A DNA stretch of 64,000 bases from an uncultured Clostridium sp. (GTDB lineage: Bacteria; Bacillota; Clostridia; Lachnospirales; Lachnospiraceae), in NCBI GenBank assembly GCA_900539185.1, contig UQBG01000012.1, positions 4,910 to 68,909 of the forward strand, written 5' to 3'. This document shows, piece by piece, positions 1 through 11,520 of this stretch; position 1 is the stretch's first letter; every line of letters starts with the position of its first letter. The position numbers and the translations under genes were made by a program. The notes under the pieces were generated by a model. The model was not told the origin of the DNA. It ran no database searches and was given only the letters and a program-made list of their open reading frames with translations.

Positions 1-2356
1 GTGAAATATCCTTACAGTATAAACGGATCACAATACCTTCTGTAGAAATCAGCATAATCTCATTATCTTCGTTTACAGCCTTTACTCCTACTACATTTCC
101 GGTCTTTTCATTGATCTTATAACACTTAACGCCCTTACCGCCACGATTCTGCGGAGTAAATTCATCCATAGAGGTACGCTTACCCATACCATTTTCTGAT
201 ACGATCAAAAGATCTTCTCCCTGCGTATCCATCTGCATTCCGACTACTTCATCTCCGGCACTTAAGTTCATACCCTTAACACCCATAGAAGTACGTCCTG
301 TGCTTCTGACATCCTTTTCTAAGAACCGGATACACATACCCAGCTTTGATACTAAAAGGATCTCTTTTTTATTGTTGGTTGACTTTACTTCGATCAGTTC
401 ATCTCCGTCTCGAAGTGTAATCGCAGCCAGACCATTCTTTCGAATATTCTGGAACTCTACGATCGGTGTCTTTTTAACCATACCATTCTTTGTTGCCATG
501 AACAGATATCTTCCAGGTTTAAATTCCCGAATCGGAATTACGGCTGTAATCTTCTCATTTGGAAGCATCTGAAGCAGATTTACGATTGCTGTTCCTCTGG
601 CTGTTCTGCCTGATTCCGGTATTTCATATGCTTTTAACCGGTATACGCGACCCATGTTGGTAAAGAACATGATAAAATGATGTGTAGTTGTCATGATCAG
701 TTCTTCGATAAAGTCGTCCTCAATCGTCTGCATACCCTTGATTCCCTTACCGCCTCGATTCTGAGACCGGAAGTTATCAATGGTCATACGCTTGATATAT
801 CCCAGCTTTGTCATTGCAATCACTGTATTTTCCCGCTTGATCAGTTCCTCATCGGTAATATCATCCTCATCCGGTCCGATTGCGGTTCTTCGATCATCTC
901 CGTATTTTGTGGAAATGATCAACAGCTCTTCCTTGATAACACCTAACAGCTTTTTCTCATCTGCCAGAATTGCCTTTAATTCTGCGATTCTCTCTATCAG
1001 CTCTCGATACTCATTCTCGATCTTATCGCGTTCCAGACCTGTCAGCGCACGCAGACGCATATCTACGATAGCCTGTGACTGTGCATCCGATAATCCGAAT
1101 TCTTCCATCAGCTTTTCTTTTGCTTCTGCTACATTTTTGGATCCCCGGATGATCTGAATCACACGTTCGATATTATCCAATGCAATCAACAAACCCTGTA
1201 AAATATGAGCACGTTCTTCTGCTTTGTTTAATTCATACTTCGTTCTTCTGGTAACGACATCCTCCTGATGCTTCAGATAGTATCCCAGCATCTCTAACAG
1301 ATTCAGAATCTTTGGCTGATTGTCTACCAGTGCCAACATAATGACACCAAAGGTATCCTGTAGCTGCGTATGCTTATACAGCTTTTTAAGAACAATATTT
1401 GCATTTGCATCCTTCTTTAACTCGATGACAACTCGCATTCCTTCACGGGAGGACTCATCACGCAGGGCAGTGATTCCTTCGATCTTCTTATCCTTTACCA
1501 GCTCCGCTATCTTCTGAATCAGTCTTGCCTTATTTACCATATATGGAAGCTCTGTAATAACGATTCTCTGCTTTCCGTTTGGCATAGGTTCAATATTCGA
1601 AATAGCACGAACCTTTACCTTTCCACGTCCGGTTCTATAGGCTGCATCAATCTCACTGGTTCCCAGTATCTGTGCTCCGGTTGGAAAATCCGGTCCCTTA
1701 ATGATCTGAAGGATTTCTTCAATATCCGTCTCTCGATCCTCTAACACCCGGTTATCAATTATTTTTACAACTGCATCGATAACCTCACGCAGATTATGAG
1801 GTGGTATATTTGTAGCCATACCAACTGCTATACCGGATGTACCATTTACCAAAAGATTTGGAAACCGGCTTGGAAGTACGGTCGGTTCCTTCTCTGTCTC
1901 ATCAAAGTTTGGTATAAAGTCTACCGTATCTTTATTAATATCCGCTAACATCTCCATGGATATCTTAGACAGTCTTGCTTCTGTATATCGCATAGCAGCA
2001 GCGCCATCACCATCGACAGAACCAAAGTTACCGTGTCCGTCAACCAGCATGTAACGTGTATTCCATTCCTGTGCCAGCTTTACAAGTGCTTCATATATGG
2101 AACTGTCTCCATGTGGGTGATACTTACCCATGGTATCACCTACGATACGGGCACATTTACGATGTGGCTTATCCGGACCGTTATTCAACTCTATCATGGA
2201 ATAAAGAATTCTTCTCTGTACCGGCTTTAGCCCATCTCTTACATCCGGCAGTGCTCTGGCTGCAATAACACTCATAGCGTAATCGATATAGTTACGTTCC
2301 ATGGTCTTCTGCAGGTCTATATCATGTACTTTATCAAAGATTGTACTGTCGTCCAT
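1..2356 (-). CDS. gyrA: DNA gyrase subunit A (partial; C-terminal part runs off window start)
   Basis: Open minus-strand frame from window edge to ATG at 2354-2356. N-terminus translates [49 protein letters not shown], typical of GyrA. GGAGG RBS 7 nt upstream. Immediately downstream of gyrB. Confidence 0.9.
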   Translation of the reverse strand, partial: MDDSTIFDKVHDIDLQKTMERNYIDYAMSVIAARALPDVRDGLKPVQRRILYSMIELNNGPDKPHRKCARIVGDTMGKYHPHGDSSIYEALVKLAQEWNTRYMLVDGHGNFGSVDGDGAAAMRYTEARLSKISMEMLADINKDTVDFIPNFDETEKEPTVLPSRFPNLLVNGTSGIAVGMATNIPPHNLREVIDAVVKIIDNRVLEDRETDIEEILQIIKGPDFPTGAQILGTSEIDAAYRTGRGKVKVRAISNIEPMPNGKQRIVITELPYMVNKARLIQKIAELVKDKKIEGITALRDESSREGMRVVIELKKDANANIVLKKLYKHTQLQDTFGVIMLALVDNQPKILNLLEMLGYYLKHQEDVVTRRTKYELNKAEERAHILQGLLIALDNIERVIQIIRGSKNVAEAKEKLMEEFGLSDAQSQAIVDMRLRALTGLERDKIENEYRELIERIAELKAILADEKKLLGVIKEELLIISTKYGDDRRTAIGPDEDDITDEELIKRENTVIAMTKLGYIKRMTIDNFRSQNRGGKGIKGMQTIEDDFIEELIMTTTHHFIMFFTNMGRVYRLKAYEIPESGRTARGTAIVNLLQMLPNEKITAVIPIREFKPGRYLFMATKNGMVKKTPIVEFQNIRKNGLAAITLRDGDELIEVKSTNNKKEILLVSKLGMCIRFLEKDVRSTGRTSMGVKGMNLSAGDEVVGMQMDTQGEDLLIVSENGMGKRTSMDEFTPQNRGGKGVKCYKINEKTGNVVGVKAVNEDNEIMLISTEGIVIRLYCKDIS

Positions 2357-2373
2357 CTTCTATCCTCCATTCC

Positions 2374-4284
2374 CTAAATATCCAGATTCTTAACAAATTT
2401 AGCATTTGCTTCTATGAATTCTCTTCTTGGCTCTACCTTATCACCCATCAGCGTATTAAATGTCAGATCAATTTCTGATTCATTTTCTTCATCGATCGCT
2501 ACCCGTAATAAGATTCTCTGTTCCGGATCCATGGTTGTTTCCCATAGCTGATCCGGATCCATTTCACCCAAACCCTTATACCGCTGAATCTTATTATTGG
2601 TATCTCTTCCTACTTCTTTCAGGATCTTATCCAATTCCTCATCACTGTAGGCATACCATACCTTCCGGTTCTTCTCCAGCTTATAAAGTGGTGGCTGTGC
2701 CAGGTATACATGTCCCTGACGGATCAGCTCCGGCATAAACCGATAGAAGAAGGTCAAAAGCAGTGTTGCAATATGTGCTCCATCTACATCGGCATCTGTC
2801 ATAATAATGATTTTTCCGTACCGCAGCTTTGCAATATCAAAATTATCATGAATACCCGTACCAAATGCTGTGATCATAGCCTTGATTTCTTCATTTACCA
2901 ATATCTTATCAATTCTGGCTTTTTCTACATTCAGAATCTTACCACGCAGTGGCAGGATTGCCTGGGTTGCTCTGTTTCTGGCTGTTTTTGCGGAACCGCC
3001 GGCGGAATCACCCTCTACGATATAAATCTCGCAGTTTTCCGGATTTGTATCGGAACAGTCAGCCAACTTACCCGGCAATGCCATATTATCTGCCAGATTA
3101 CTCTTTCTGGCAACGTCTCTTGCCTTTCTGGCTGCGATTCTGGCTCTCTGTGCCAAAGCTGCTTTATTAATAATAATCTTTGCAATTGATGGATTCTGCT
3201 CCAGAAAATAGGTTAACTGTTCTGAAACAATACTTTCTACCGCACTTCTTGCTTCGGAGTTACCCAGCTTCTGCTTTGTCTGCCCTTCAAACTGAGGGTC
3301 CTCGATCTTAATGCTGACAATAGCAGTTAGGCCTTCTCTCAGATCATCACCGGATAAATTATCTTCCTTTTCCTTTAACAGCTTATTCGTTCTGGCATAA
3401 TCATTAAATACCTTTGTAATTGCACTTCTAAAACCGGTTAAGTGCATACCACCTTCCGGTGTATTAATATTATTTACAAAGCTATACGTGGACTCATTAT
3501 AAGAATCATTATGCTGAAGTGCCACTTCTACTAAAATGCCATCTTTTTCGCCTTCACAGTATATAACCTTATCATATAATGGATCCTTATGACGGTTGAT
3601 GTAAGAAACAAATTCCTTTATGCCACCTTCATAATGGAAAGTACGCTCCTTTACCGGATCTTCTCTTTTATCATTTAAATTAATCTTCAATGCCTTTGTC
3701 AGGAATGCAGTCTCACGCAGACGTACCTTCAGGGTATCGAAGTTATAAACAGTCGTATCAAAGATCTCTGGATCCGGTTTAAATGTAACCTTGGTTCCTG
3801 TATGCTCAGAGGTTCCTACCTCTTTCAGCTTATACATAACCTTTCCTCTTTCGTACCGCTGTCTGTATACCTTTCCGTTACGGCTGACTTCTACCTCCAG
3901 CCATTCAGAAAGCGCATTTACAACAGAAGCACCTACGCCATGCAGACCACCGGATACCTTGTATCCTCCACCGCCGAACTTTCCACCGGCATGAAGAATC
4001 GTAAATACAACTTCTACGGCCGGAATACCCGCCTTTGCCTGTATATCAACCGGAATTCCCCGGCCATTATCTACGACTGTAATAGAATTATCTTCATTTA
4101 TCGTAACATCTATGACGGAACAATATCCTGCAAGAGCTTCGTCCACTGCATTATCTACAATCTCATATACCAGATGATGTAGTCCTCGTTCAGAAGTACT
4201 TCCGATATACATACCCGGCCTTTTACGAACGGCTTCCAGACCTTCCAGTATCTGAATTTGATCAGCTCCATACTCGTTTGCCAT
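2374..4284 (-). CDS. gyrB: DNA gyrase subunit B
   Basis: 636-aa ORF with GHKL ATPase and TOPRIM signatures ([30 protein letters not shown]...). AGGAGG RBS. Confidence 0.95.
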   Translation of the reverse strand: MANEYGADQIQILEGLEAVRKRPGMYIGSTSERGLHHLVYEIVDNAVDEALAGYCSVIDVTINEDNSITVVDNGRGIPVDIQAKAGIPAVEVVFTILHAGGKFGGGGYKVSGGLHGVGASVVNALSEWLEVEVSRNGKVYRQRYERGKVMYKLKEVGTSEHTGTKVTFKPDPEIFDTTVYNFDTLKVRLRETAFLTKALKINLNDKREDPVKERTFHYEGGIKEFVSYINRHKDPLYDKVIYCEGEKDGILVEVALQHNDSYNESTYSFVNNINTPEGGMHLTGFRSAITKVFNDYARTNKLLKEKEDNLSGDDLREGLTAIVSIKIEDPQFEGQTKQKLGNSEARSAVESIVSEQLTYFLEQNPSIAKIIINKAALAQRARIAARKARDVARKSNLADNMALPGKLADCSDTNPENCEIYIVEGDSAGGSAKTARNRATQAILPLRGKILNVEKARIDKILVNEEIKAMITAFGTGIHDNFDIAKLRYGKIIIMTDADVDGAHIATLLLTFFYRFMPELIRQGHVYLAQPPLYKLEKNRKVWYAYSDEELDKILKEVGRDTNNKIQRYKGLGEMDPDQLWETTMDPEQRILLRVAIDEENESEIDLTFNTLMGDKVEPRREFIEANAKFVKNLDI

Positions 4285-4295
4285 TTTTCTTCCTC

Positions 4296-5372
4296 CTAAT
4301 ATACATGTCCTTCTACTACTTTATATACCTTATTTATCTTCATTCTCTCTTTAATAAAATCATCATATCCTGTACAGGTTATAATTGTCTGAATATTATC
4401 AATAGAGTGTAATAAATAATCTCTTCTCATCTCATCCAACTCTGACATAACATCATCCAATAACAGAATTGGTGTATCATTAATTAGCTGTTTTACAATT
4501 TCTATCTCTGCCAGCTTCAGTGCCAACGCTGCTGTTCTTTGCTGTCCCTGGGAACCGAATCTTCTTACTTCTATATCATCAATATAAAAGCTCATATCAT
4601 CTCTGTGCGGTCCACATTGTGTTGACTGGTATTTCAGATCCTGTTCCTGCTTTTGTCTCATTACTTCTTCATATTGATCTTCCTCTACACTTCCTTCATA
4701 ACAGATATGCAGATGTTCTTTTCCTCCCGTCAAATGAGAATGAATACTCTGCAATATATCATTTAATTGATGAATGAAGGTTTTTCTGGACTGAATCAGC
4801 TCTCTTCCATATTGAATCAACTGTTGATCCCATACTTCAAGGGTATCCTTTAATTCCGGCTTATAATAAATCTGTTTTAAAAGATTATTCCTTTGATTCA
4901 AAACTTTATTATAATTCGTATAATGATATAGATACAGTTTATCTAACTGGCATAATTCAAGATCAAGAAACCGTCTTCGTTCTGCCGGTCCGTTTTTTAT
5001 AATACTCAAATCCTCAGGAGAAAAGAATATAACATTGGCAACACCAAACAGCTCCCCGCTTCTCTTTATAGGAATTCCGTCAATAGCAATTCCTTTCGAA
5101 CGATTTTTTCTTAAATGCATATCAATCCTACGACAAATATCCATCTTATTTACATGGGTCCGTATATGTGATTCATCTGCTCCAAATCTTATAATATCCC
5201 GGTCTTTACTTCCCCGATGAGACTTTGTCGTTGCCGATAAATAAATCGATTCCAGTATATTTGTTTTTCCCTGAGCATTATTTCCATACAGAATCGTCGT
5301 GCCGGAATCAAAGTCTATATTCAAATATTCATAATTGCGATAATTTTTCAATTCCAGGGATTGAATATACAT
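4296..5372 (-). CDS. recF: DNA replication/repair protein RecF
   Basis: 358 aa with N-terminal Walker A ([14 protein letters not shown]), SMC-like. Canonical position between yaaA/dnaN and gyrB. Confidence 0.9.
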   Translation of the reverse strand: MYIQSLELKNYRNYEYLNIDFDSGTTILYGNNAQGKTNILESIYLSATTKSHRGSKDRDIIRFGADESHIRTHVNKMDICRRIDMHLRKNRSKGIAIDGIPIKRSGELFGVANVIFFSPEDLSIIKNGPAERRRFLDLELCQLDKLYLYHYTNYNKVLNQRNNLLKQIYYKPELKDTLEVWDQQLIQYGRELIQSRKTFIHQLNDILQSIHSHLTGGKEHLHICYEGSVEEDQYEEVMRQKQEQDLKYQSTQCGPHRDDMSFYIDDIEVRRFGSQGQQRTAALALKLAEIEIVKQLINDTPILLLDDVMSELDEMRRDYLLHSIDNIQTIITCTGYDDFIKERMKINKVYKVVEGHVY

Positions 5373-5384
5373 ACTACCAGCCTG

Positions 5385-5594
5385 CTACTTTTCTATCTTT
5401 ATGGTCTGATTATCATAAGATACTTCATCTCCGGGATAAAGCTTTCTTCCTCTTCTTGTATCAATCTCACCATTTACAGCTACTTCTCCATTCTGGATAA
5501 CTTCCTTTGCTACTACACCGGAATCTACCAGTCCTGCTGCTTTCAGTGCCTGCCCCAGTTTTATAAATTCATCTCTCAGCTTTACTACTTCCAT
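5385..5594 (-). CDS. yaaA: S4-domain RNA-binding protein YaaA
   Basis: 69-aa ORF between dnaN and recF, as in B. subtilis. S4-like fold sequence. Confidence 0.7.
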   Translation of the reverse strand: MEVVKLRDEFIKLGQALKAAGLVDSGVVAKEVIQNGEVAVNGEIDTRRGRKLYPGDEVSYDNQTIKIEK

Positions 5595-5611
5595 GTATTA
5601 TGCATCCCTTT

Positions 5612-6721
5612 CTATACAGCAGTTGTACTTATATTGACCGGAAGAATTACATAACGATAAGTCTCATCATCATCCTTTATATAGCAAGGAGCCTTCTGGT
5701 TCATAAAGTAAATACTTACTTCTTCATCATCAATGACACGAAGAGCATCCATCAAGAGCTTTGGATTAAATCCTATGATCAGATCCTTTCCTTCTTTTCT
5801 GGTATCCAATTCCTCATTCATGGAACCGAGAACGGAATCAATCTTCATATATATGGTGTCATTTTTAATATTTATAATAATCGGCTTCTTATCGGATTCC
5901 TTTATTAACAGAGAAGCACGATCAATACAATTTAAGAAATCCCGCTTATTAATAATCACCTTTGTTTCATAATCGTTGGTCAACATCTGATTGATCTTAT
6001 AATATTCGCCCTCCAGAAGACGAGAAACAACCTTTGTCTCACCAAACTCAAATAATATATGCTTATCTGTGAAGTAGATATCGACATAGTCATCGGTTCC
6101 GCCTTCCAGAATTTTACTTACTTCATTCAAAGTCTTTCCCGGAACAACCACCTTTATCAGATCATGATATTCCTTTAAAGCCACATTACGAATTGATATT
6201 CTGTGACCATCCAGAGAAACAATCTTCATATTGTTTCCTTCTATTTCGAATAATTCGCCGCTCATCAGCTTTGTACTTTCATTTTCTACAGTAGAAAATA
6301 TGGTTTGTCTGATAAATTCCTTAACTGTAAACTGAGATAAACTGATACCTTTATTCCGTTTTACCTCCGGTAAAAGAGAAAAGTCATCTCCGGATTTGCC
6401 GGAAATTACAAACTTTGACTTTTCACAACGGATCGTAGCCTGATAGTTTTCATTGGTTTCAATCAGAATTTCACTATCAGGAAGCTTTCGTATATATTCA
6501 AAAAATAGCTTTGCATCAATGGCTATTTTACCAGGATCCTGAATGGAACCTTCTACATAAGTCTCGATACCCAGTTCCATATCTGTTGCAGTTAACTTAA
6601 TTTTATCTTCTGCTTCGATCAGAATACATTCCAGAATCGGAAGTGTAGTCTTATTGGAAACAGCTTTCATAGCAGTGCTAACGGATGAAAGTAAATCCGC
6701 TTTCGTACATGTGATTTTCAT
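5612..6721 (-). CDS. dnaN: DNA polymerase III beta sliding clamp
   Basis: ORF-track frame 5612..6829 trimmed to ATG at 6719-6721 (MKITCTKADLL...), which has a GAAAGGAG RBS. The longer extension has no RBS and would overlap the unwinding region. Confidence 0.9.
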   Translation of the reverse strand: MKITCTKADLLSSVSTAMKAVSNKTTLPILECILIEAEDKIKLTATDMELGIETYVEGSIQDPGKIAIDAKLFFEYIRKLPDSEILIETNENYQATIRCEKSKFVISGKSGDDFSLLPEVKRNKGISLSQFTVKEFIRQTIFSTVENESTKLMSGELFEIEGNNMKIVSLDGHRISIRNVALKEYHDLIKVVVPGKTLNEVSKILEGGTDDYVDIYFTDKHILFEFGETKVVSRLLEGEYYKINQMLTNDYETKVIINKRDFLNCIDRASLLIKESDKKPIIINIKNDTIYMKIDSVLGSMNEELDTRKEGKDLIIGFNPKLLMDALRVIDDEEVSIYFMNQKAPCYIKDDDETYRYVILPVNISTTAV

Positions 6722-7004
6722 AATGTGAAAAACTCCTTTCTCCCGGCCGGGATAAAAAACAATATATAAATATTTAAATGATTTCCGTCTTATTCGTAGT
6801 AGGGGCAGTGGATATGTTAATAACCCCACTGAACCATTGAAAATAAAGGAATCATGATATTCAAAAGTCTGTTAAAAAGGATCCTGAAACCTGTTAAAAA
6901 AGGATCACTTATCAACAGGGTGAAAAGAAATGTGAATCATAAATAAACAAAAGAAACATAGTTATGCACATTTATTCACAATCTGTCCACCTGTTATAAA
7001 CAGA
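6722..7004. other. oriC region 2 (incC-like, dnaA-dnaN intergenic): DnaA boxes plus candidate unwinding module
   Basis: Boxes TTATCAACA 6909-6917, TTATGCACA 6962-6970, TTATTCACA 6972-6980, TGTCCAC 6984-6990. Direct repeat CTGTTAAAAA(A)GGATC at 6869-6883 and 6891-6906. Nearest dnaN: box AGTGGATAT 6807-6815, then GGGGC, then NAN trinucleotides 6787-6801, then an AT-rich run 6741-6786. Confidence 0.6.
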
Positions 7005-8372
7005 TTAAGAAGGAATAATTTTCTTCTTAATCGTATCAATCGTAGAAGCTAAGTTCTGATCGGTTTCCATACGATCCTTGATCTTATCAATGGAATGCAT
7101 AACAGTAGAATGATCCTTTCCTCCAAAGTAATCACCAATGGATTCCAAAGACTTCTCTGTCATAGTACGGCAAAGATACATGGAAATCTGTCTTGCCTGA
7201 GCAATATCAGCACTTCGTCTGGTTGAAAGAATATCTTCCTTTGAAATGCCCAGATGTTCACTTACGATATCGGTGATAAGCGAAGGTGTTACTTCACGGT
7301 TCGTATTCTTTGATATAAAATCCCGAAGGGTTTCTTCTGCAAAAGGAACGGTGATTGGCTGTTTGTCCAGCTTGGAGAATACACTGATTTTATTCAAAGC
7401 ACCCTCCAGCTCACGAATATTGGAAACAATATGCGTGGCAATATACTGAATAACATCATCCGGTATATTAATATTATCCTGTTCTGCGCGTTTTCGAAGA
7501 ATCGCCATGCGAGTCTCATAATCCGGTGATTGGATATCAACGGGAAGTCCCCATTCGAGACGAGACTTAATACGATCCTCCAGGTTTTCAATCTCCTTCG
7601 GAGCCTTATCAGAAGATATGACAATCTGTTTACCGGCTTCATGAAGGACATTAAAGGTATGGAAAAACTCCTGCTGTGTAGATTCCTTTCCTATTATAAA
7701 CTGAATATCATCCAATAAAAGAAGGTCAATGTTACGATATTTATTACGGAATTCTTCTGTTTTGTTCTTTTTTAATGCTTCAATCAGTTCGTTAGTAAAG
7801 GTTTCACTTGTAACATATAATACTTTTGCATTTTTATTATGTTGAAGAACGTAGTGACCGACGGAATGCATAAGATGAGTCTTACCAAGTCCTACGCCTC
7901 CATATAAAAATAATGGATTGAATGCCTGTGCCGGTGCTTCCGCAACTGCAACGCAGGCAGCATGAGCATGGCGGTTATTGTCACCTACGACAAAAGTATC
8001 AAAGGTATAGCGTGGATTCAGATTACTTGCTTCCATATTATATTCCATATAATTGTCGGAAGAAGCAACCGGAGCAGCTTCCTGTGTAATTTCATCCGGG
8101 GAAGAAATCAACTTAATATCATAGTCTTCATTCATTACAATCTGGATCGAAGCCTTAATAAACATGTCATACATTTTCGTTTTAAGAAATTCGATTCCCC
8201 GTTGTCCCAGTGTATCATCCGCTAATAAATAGATGGTATGATCCTTTACGTCATATATTTTCAGTGGACGAATCCAAGTATTAATGGTAATCGGTGCAAC
8301 TCCGTGTTCTAACTGAATGGAGTAAAGAATCTTTTCCCAGTTTTCTTCAATTTTCTCTTTTATAGCATTCAT
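7005..8372 (-). CDS. dnaA: Chromosomal replication initiator DnaA
   Basis: AAA+ Walker A GGVGLGKTHL and C-terminal DnaA-box binding domain. The track start at 8384 is TTG with the RBS directly abutting it. The ATG at 8370-8372 (MNAIKEK) has GAAAGG 12 nt upstream. Confidence 0.9.
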   Translation of the reverse strand: MNAIKEKIEENWEKILYSIQLEHGVAPITINTWIRPLKIYDVKDHTIYLLADDTLGQRGIEFLKTKMYDMFIKASIQIVMNEDYDIKLISSPDEITQEAAPVASSDNYMEYNMEASNLNPRYTFDTFVVGDNNRHAHAACVAVAEAPAQAFNPLFLYGGVGLGKTHLMHSVGHYVLQHNKNAKVLYVTSETFTNELIEALKKNKTEEFRNKYRNIDLLLLDDIQFIIGKESTQQEFFHTFNVLHEAGKQIVISSDKAPKEIENLEDRIKSRLEWGLPVDIQSPDYETRMAILRKRAEQDNINIPDDVIQYIATHIVSNIRELEGALNKISVFSKLDKQPITVPFAEETLRDFISKNTNREVTPSLITDIVSEHLGISKEDILSTRRSADIAQARQISMYLCRTMTEKSLESIGDYFGGKDHSTVMHSIDKIKDRMETDQNLASTIDTIKKKIIPS

Positions 8373-8807
8373 AGATGAAAGCAACCTTTCAAAGTTATTT
8401 CCTTATAAAATAAGTAACAAAGGGCACAAAAAGACCCATATATAATATATAACAAATTTTCATTTTTCGCAAGAAAAAGGGGGATTATTTCCATTTACTG
8501 TTTAACATAATGTCATTCCCATAAGAATGTAAAAATATGGTATTCACAGAATCAACAGTTGATATTTCAGAGAAAAATGCAGAAATCAGAAAAAAATCCA
8601 CACGTAAAACAAGAGTTTTCCACAGGTTATACACAAATTGTTGATAACATTATGTTAAGTACAAAATAAACTTTACGAAAATTATGCTTGACTGTTGAAA
8701 CGCTTTTCCATATAATAAATTAGGTGTTTTTTCATAAAAGCCATATTTGGAAAATAATAAAATAGTTAAATATAGATTTAACTAATGGTCGAAGGAGGTG
8801 TATAGAA
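8373..8807. other. oriC region 1: AT-rich dnaA-upstream spacer with DnaA-box cluster
   Basis: Boxes near consensus TTATCCACA: AAATCCACA at 8594-8602, TTTTCCACA at 8616-8624, TTATACACA at 8627-8635, and TGTTGATAA (reverse orientation) at 8639-8647. Lies between divergent dnaA and rpmH. Confidence 0.65.
8688..8716 (+). promoter_or_regulatory. SigA-type promoter of rpmH (-35 TTGACT, 17-nt spacer, -10 TATAAT)
   Basis: TTGACT at 8688-8693 and TATAAT at 8711-8716, about 90 nt upstream of rpmH. Confidence 0.55.
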
Positions 8808-8942
8808 ATGAAAATGACATTTCAGCCAAAGAAGAAGTCTCACGCAAGAGTTCATGGATTCAGAAAGAGAATGAGCACAGCTAATGGCAGAAAGGTGTTA
8901 TCTGCAAGAAGAGCAAAGGGTAGAAAGCACTTAACTGTATAG
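8808..8942 (+). CDS. rpmH: 50S ribosomal protein L34
   Basis: 44-aa [47 protein letters not shown] with GAAGGAGG RBS. Too short for the ORF track. Confidence 0.9.
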   Translation: MKMTFQPKKKSHARVHGFRKRMSTANGRKVLSARRAKGRKHLTV

Positions 8943-8968
8943 TTCGCATACAATAGCGAGTATCGTCT

Positions 8969-9000
8969 AATCTCACAGTTTTCGCTGTGAGATTAATTTT
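8969..9000 (+). terminator. Hairpin/attenuator between rpmH and rnpA
   Basis: Perfect 10-bp stem AATCTCACAG / CTGTGAGATT with 6-nt loop, followed by AATTTT. Confidence 0.5.
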
Positions 9001-9019
9001 ATATTCAGTAGGTAAAAGT

Positions 9020-9367
9020 ATGAGACATTACAATTCTTTGAAAAACAGCAGAGAATTTGGAAACGTATATCGGTGCGGCAAGTCATTTGCCAATAAGTAT
9101 CTGGTGATGTACGTTTTGGAGAAGACTGATAATGAGAATCGACTGGGAATATCTGTAAGTAAGAAAGTAGGAAACAGTGTTGTTCGACATCGAATTACAA
9201 GATTGATCAGAGAAAGCTACCGCCTTCATCAGGCAGAGCTGAAGCAGGGATATGATATCGTAGTTGTAGCCAGAGTTGCTGCAAAGGGACATGGTTATCG
9301 GGATATTGAACGTGCATTTCTGCATCTGGCAGGATTACATCACATTGAAAAGAAGATGATAGTATGA
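9020..9367 (+). CDS. rnpA: Ribonuclease P protein component
   Basis: Track frame begins at GTG 8987. The ATG at 9020 ([13 protein letters not shown]...) has an AGGTAAAAG RBS. RnpA-like basic protein directly after rpmH. Confidence 0.85.
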   Translation: MRHYNSLKNSREFGNVYRCGKSFANKYLVMYVLEKTDNENRLGISVSKKVGNSVVRHRITRLIRESYRLHQAELKQGYDIVVVARVAAKGHGYRDIERAFLHLAGLHHIEKKMIV

Positions 9368-9576
9368 AAAAAGTATGTTTAGCATTGATTCGATTTTATC
9401 AGATTTATTTGTCACCCTTAAAAGGGCATGGAACTTGTAGATTTTATCCGACTTGTTCTCAGTATGCAATAGAAGCAATTCAAAAATATGGCGTTGGAAA
9501 AGGCACTCTATTGGCAGTCTGGAGAATACTTCGGTGTAACCCGTTCTCCAAGGGAGGTTATGACCCGGTTCCATAA
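9364..9576 (+). CDS. yidD: Membrane protein insertion efficiency factor YidD
   Basis: 70 aa with conserved [13 protein letters not shown] motif. Overlaps the rnpA stop by 4 nt. Confidence 0.8.
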   Translation: MKKVCLALIRFYQIYLSPLKGHGTCRFYPTCSQYAIEAIQKYGVGKGTLLAVWRILRCNPFSKGGYDPVP

Positions 9577-9587
9577 AGGAGGTTAAT

Positions 9588-10874
9588 ATGATTTTTTTAA
9601 CTGCACAGGGAGGTATATTAGGCCCCTTTTGTTGGCTGTTAGGAAAGATTTTAAATTGGATTTATGTAGGTTTATCAAGTGTAGGAATTGAGAATCTGGC
9701 ACTGTGTATCATTATATTTACATTGGTTGTAAAGTTGATTTTACTTCCGTTTACGCTTCGTCAGCAGAGAGGCAGTAAGATTAATCAGATGATACAGCCG
9801 GAGCTTCAGAAGGTTCAGAAGAAGTATAAGAATAAGACAGATCAGGATTCTATGCTGAAGATGCAGCAGGAGACTCAGGCAGTTTATAGAAAGTACGGTA
9901 CCAGTATGACAAACGGATGTCTGGTAACATTTATTCAGTTACCGATTATCTATGCATTGTATCGTGTTATCTATAATATACCGGCATATGTACCGGAGAT
10001 TAAAGCCCTTTACGAGCCAATTGCACAGCAGATATTGAAGGTAAATGATTATGCCAATACATTATCTACCTTTGTAACAGATAATAAAATATCAACGGCA
10101 TCAAAGGCAATTAATACCTTAACAAAGCTGGATCCATCCAGTGTAACGGATAATAATATTATCGATATTATCTCACAGTTCAGTGCAACACAATGGGATA
10201 AGTTTGAATCATTATTTACAGGAAATGATGGATTGATCAATGCCATTACTACCAATGTACCGCAGATAACAGATCTGAATCAGTTTGTATTAGGTATCAA
10301 TATATCGGAAGCACCCGGCTGGAAAATCAGTTGGGCACTGATTATTCCAATCTCAGCAGCATTGTTCCAGTTCTTGAGTACAAAGACGATGCAGGCAGTT
10401 CAACCGGATATGACAGGTGGTGATCAGACAGCCGCACAGACAGCTGCTATGACAAAGTCAATGATGTACAGTATGCCATTGATGTCATTGTTTTTCTGTA
10501 TTACATTACCGGCAGGTATCGGTATCTACTGGTCGATCAGTGCATTGATCAGTTTGATTACACAGTTGGGTGTAAATCTGTACTATGATAAGATCGCCGA
10601 CAAGGACAAGATCTTAGAGAAGCAGATGGAAAAGGCTAAGAAAAAGAAAAAGAAGAACAAGAAGTCATTCATGGAAAAAATGATGGAAGCTGCAGGAGCA
10701 GCAGACACTTCAAATAACTCTTCAAACAGCGTTGCAGGGACGAATCTGAAGAGTTATAACAGTAATTCTGGTGAAGGTGGTGTAACAAACTACCGTAAGG
10801 GAAGTATCGCGTCAAAGGCAAATATTATGCAGCAGTACAATACGCAGAACAGCCAGAATAACAAGGAGGAATAG
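9588..10874 (+). CDS. yidC: Membrane protein insertase YidC/Oxa1 family with long K/N/S-rich C-terminal tail
   Basis: 428 aa with multiple TM segments and a conserved 60-kDa inner-membrane-protein core. C-terminal region of about 70 aa of low complexity (KKKKKNKK, S/N-rich). Confidence 0.85.
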   Translation: MIFLTAQGGILGPFCWLLGKILNWIYVGLSSVGIENLALCIIIFTLVVKLILLPFTLRQQRGSKINQMIQPELQKVQKKYKNKTDQDSMLKMQQETQAVYRKYGTSMTNGCLVTFIQLPIIYALYRVIYNIPAYVPEIKALYEPIAQQILKVNDYANTLSTFVTDNKISTASKAINTLTKLDPSSVTDNNIIDIISQFSATQWDKFESLFTGNDGLINAITTNVPQITDLNQFVLGINISEAPGWKISWALIIPISAALFQFLSTKTMQAVQPDMTGGDQTAAQTAAMTKSMMYSMPLMSLFFCITLPAGIGIYWSISALISLITQLGVNLYYDKIADKDKILEKQMEKAKKKKKKNKKSFMEKMMEAAGAADTSNNSSNSVAGTNLKSYNSNSGEGGVTNYRKGSIASKANIMQQYNTQNSQNNKEE

Positions 10875-10876
10875 GG

Positions 10877-11509
10877 ATGGAATTTATCGAATTTAAAGGA
10901 AAAACAGTCGATGATGCCATTACAGAAGCAACGATTCAGTTTGGCATTACCAGTGATGAGCTAATATATGAAGTAATCGATAAGGGCAGCACAGGAATCT
11001 TAGGATTTATCAATACGAAGCCGGCTATTATCCGTGCTAAGAAGAAGGAAACATTTGAGGATATCGTTCAGGATTTCTTAGATAAAATGTTTGAAATTAT
11101 GGGAATAGAAGCAGTGGTTGATATTACCTATAATGAAGAAGAAAAAACAATGGATATTAATCTGACAGGTCCTGAAATGGGTGTATTGATCGGTAAGAGA
11201 GGTCAGACACTGGATGCACTGCAAAAGATCGTACAGTCTGTAGTAAATAAGCACAGTGAAGACTTCATTCGTGTAAAGCTGGATACAGAGAACTATCGTG
11301 CAAGAAGAAAAGATACGTTGGAAAATCTGGCAAGAAATATCTCTTACAAGGTAAAGAGAACGAAGAAGTCTGTCGTACTGGAGCCAATGAATCCATACGA
11401 AAGACGGATTATTCATTCTACCCTTCAGAATGACAAGTATGTAAGTACCAGAAGTGAAGGAGAAGAACCATTCCGAAGAGTCGTTGTGTACTATAATCGT
11501 TCAAAGTAA
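10877..11509 (+). CDS. jag: Jag/KhpB RNA-binding protein (KH and R3H domains)
   Basis: 210 aa with GKRGQTLDALQ KH-like motif and C-terminal R3H region. Canonical position after yidC. Confidence 0.85.
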   Translation: MEFIEFKGKTVDDAITEATIQFGITSDELIYEVIDKGSTGILGFINTKPAIIRAKKKETFEDIVQDFLDKMFEIMGIEAVVDITYNEEEKTMDINLTGPEMGVLIGKRGQTLDALQKIVQSVVNKHSEDFIRVKLDTENYRARRKDTLENLARNISYKVKRTKKSVVLEPMNPYERRIIHSTLQNDKYVSTRSEGEEPFRRVVVYYNRSK

Positions 11510-11520
11510 GAATGAACGAA

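Noticed and set aside
2460-4182. Several 90-160 aa plus-strand ORFs inside gyrB
   Set aside because: They are antisense to a highly conserved gene, with Cys/His-rich or low-complexity translations and no RBS. They are shadow ORFs.
6722-6829. 36-codon N-terminal extension of dnaN in the ORF track (MGLLTYPLPLLRIRRK...)
   Set aside because: The extension has no RBS and would place translation across the DnaA-trio/DUE region. The conserved MKITCTKADLL start at 6721 has a GAAAGGAG RBS.
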